Assembly: GCA_018985225.1 (NCBI GenBank)
Contig: JADGIF010000550.1
Span: 1 to 6,771, forward strand
DNA length: 6,771 bases
From: Amoeboradix gromovi X-113
Lineage: Eukaryota > Fungi > Sanchytriomycota
Reading direction: 5' to 3'
Made by a program: the position numbers and the translations under genes. Shown piece by piece: positions 6,578 to 6,771 of this stretch; positions within the stretch are counted from its first letter, which is position 1, and every line of letters begins with the position of its first letter. Under the pieces are notes generated by a model. It ran no database searches and was not told the DNA's origin. It saw only the letters and a list, made by a program, of their open reading frames with translations.

Positions 6578-6737
6578 TGGGACACCAAATATAAAAACTA
6601 GACTAACTCGTATTTAAAGATCTTCTATTATACCAGTTTTCTTTCATTACTTTCAATCCCCTCTTCAAAATAAAAGCAGAAGACCCTGCATCTCGTTCAA
6701 ATATATGAGGTCTTTGAGCATCTAAGCAAAAGGTGCA
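6578..6737 (-). repeat. Copy D of the TIR/MITE-like repeat: right end plus subterminal region, inverted
   Basis: The reverse complement aligns with 4415-4582 (TGCACCTTTTGCTT; CTCA.AGACC..ATATATTT; AAGAGGGGA.TGAAA.TAATGAAAGAAAA.TGGT) and with 1-88 (ATAGAAGATCTTT...CGAGTTAGTCTAGTTTTTATATTTGGTGTCCCA). Similarity to the inner copy is lost beyond 6737. Confidence 0.9.
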
Positions 6738-6771
6738 TTTTCTTAGACGGTACTCTTTTCTAGAGTCATTT

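Overview
AT-rich, gene-dense eukaryotic DNA, probably from a compact-genome fungus or fungus-like microbe (taxon is inference only). It holds three recognisable + strand genes with no introns in their coding regions. (1) A presequence protease Cym1/PreP (peptidase M16C, 431-3006), split by one -1 frameshift lying exactly on a canonical slippery heptamer, T TTA AAA (1060-1066). (2) An RRM + three CCHC zinc knuckle + RGG RNA-binding protein (3278-3913). (3) A Kex1-type serine carboxypeptidase (S10) with a C-terminal membrane anchor (4877-6340). The main non-coding structure is a repeat family with a sharply bounded 31-bp end (AGTTAGTCTAGTTTTTATATTTGGTGTCCCA). It occurs four times in alternating orientation: 58-88 +, 4309-4339 -, 4552-4582 +, 6578-6608 -. 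The inner pair forms a 274-bp MITE-like TG...CA unit with no target-site duplication. Together the four ends bracket the genes into two blocks (89-4308 and 4583-6577), with stop-interrupted, gene-like remnants next to the junctions. A perfect GTATGT/TACTAAC/CAG intron signature lies upstream of KEX1, outside any intact ORF.
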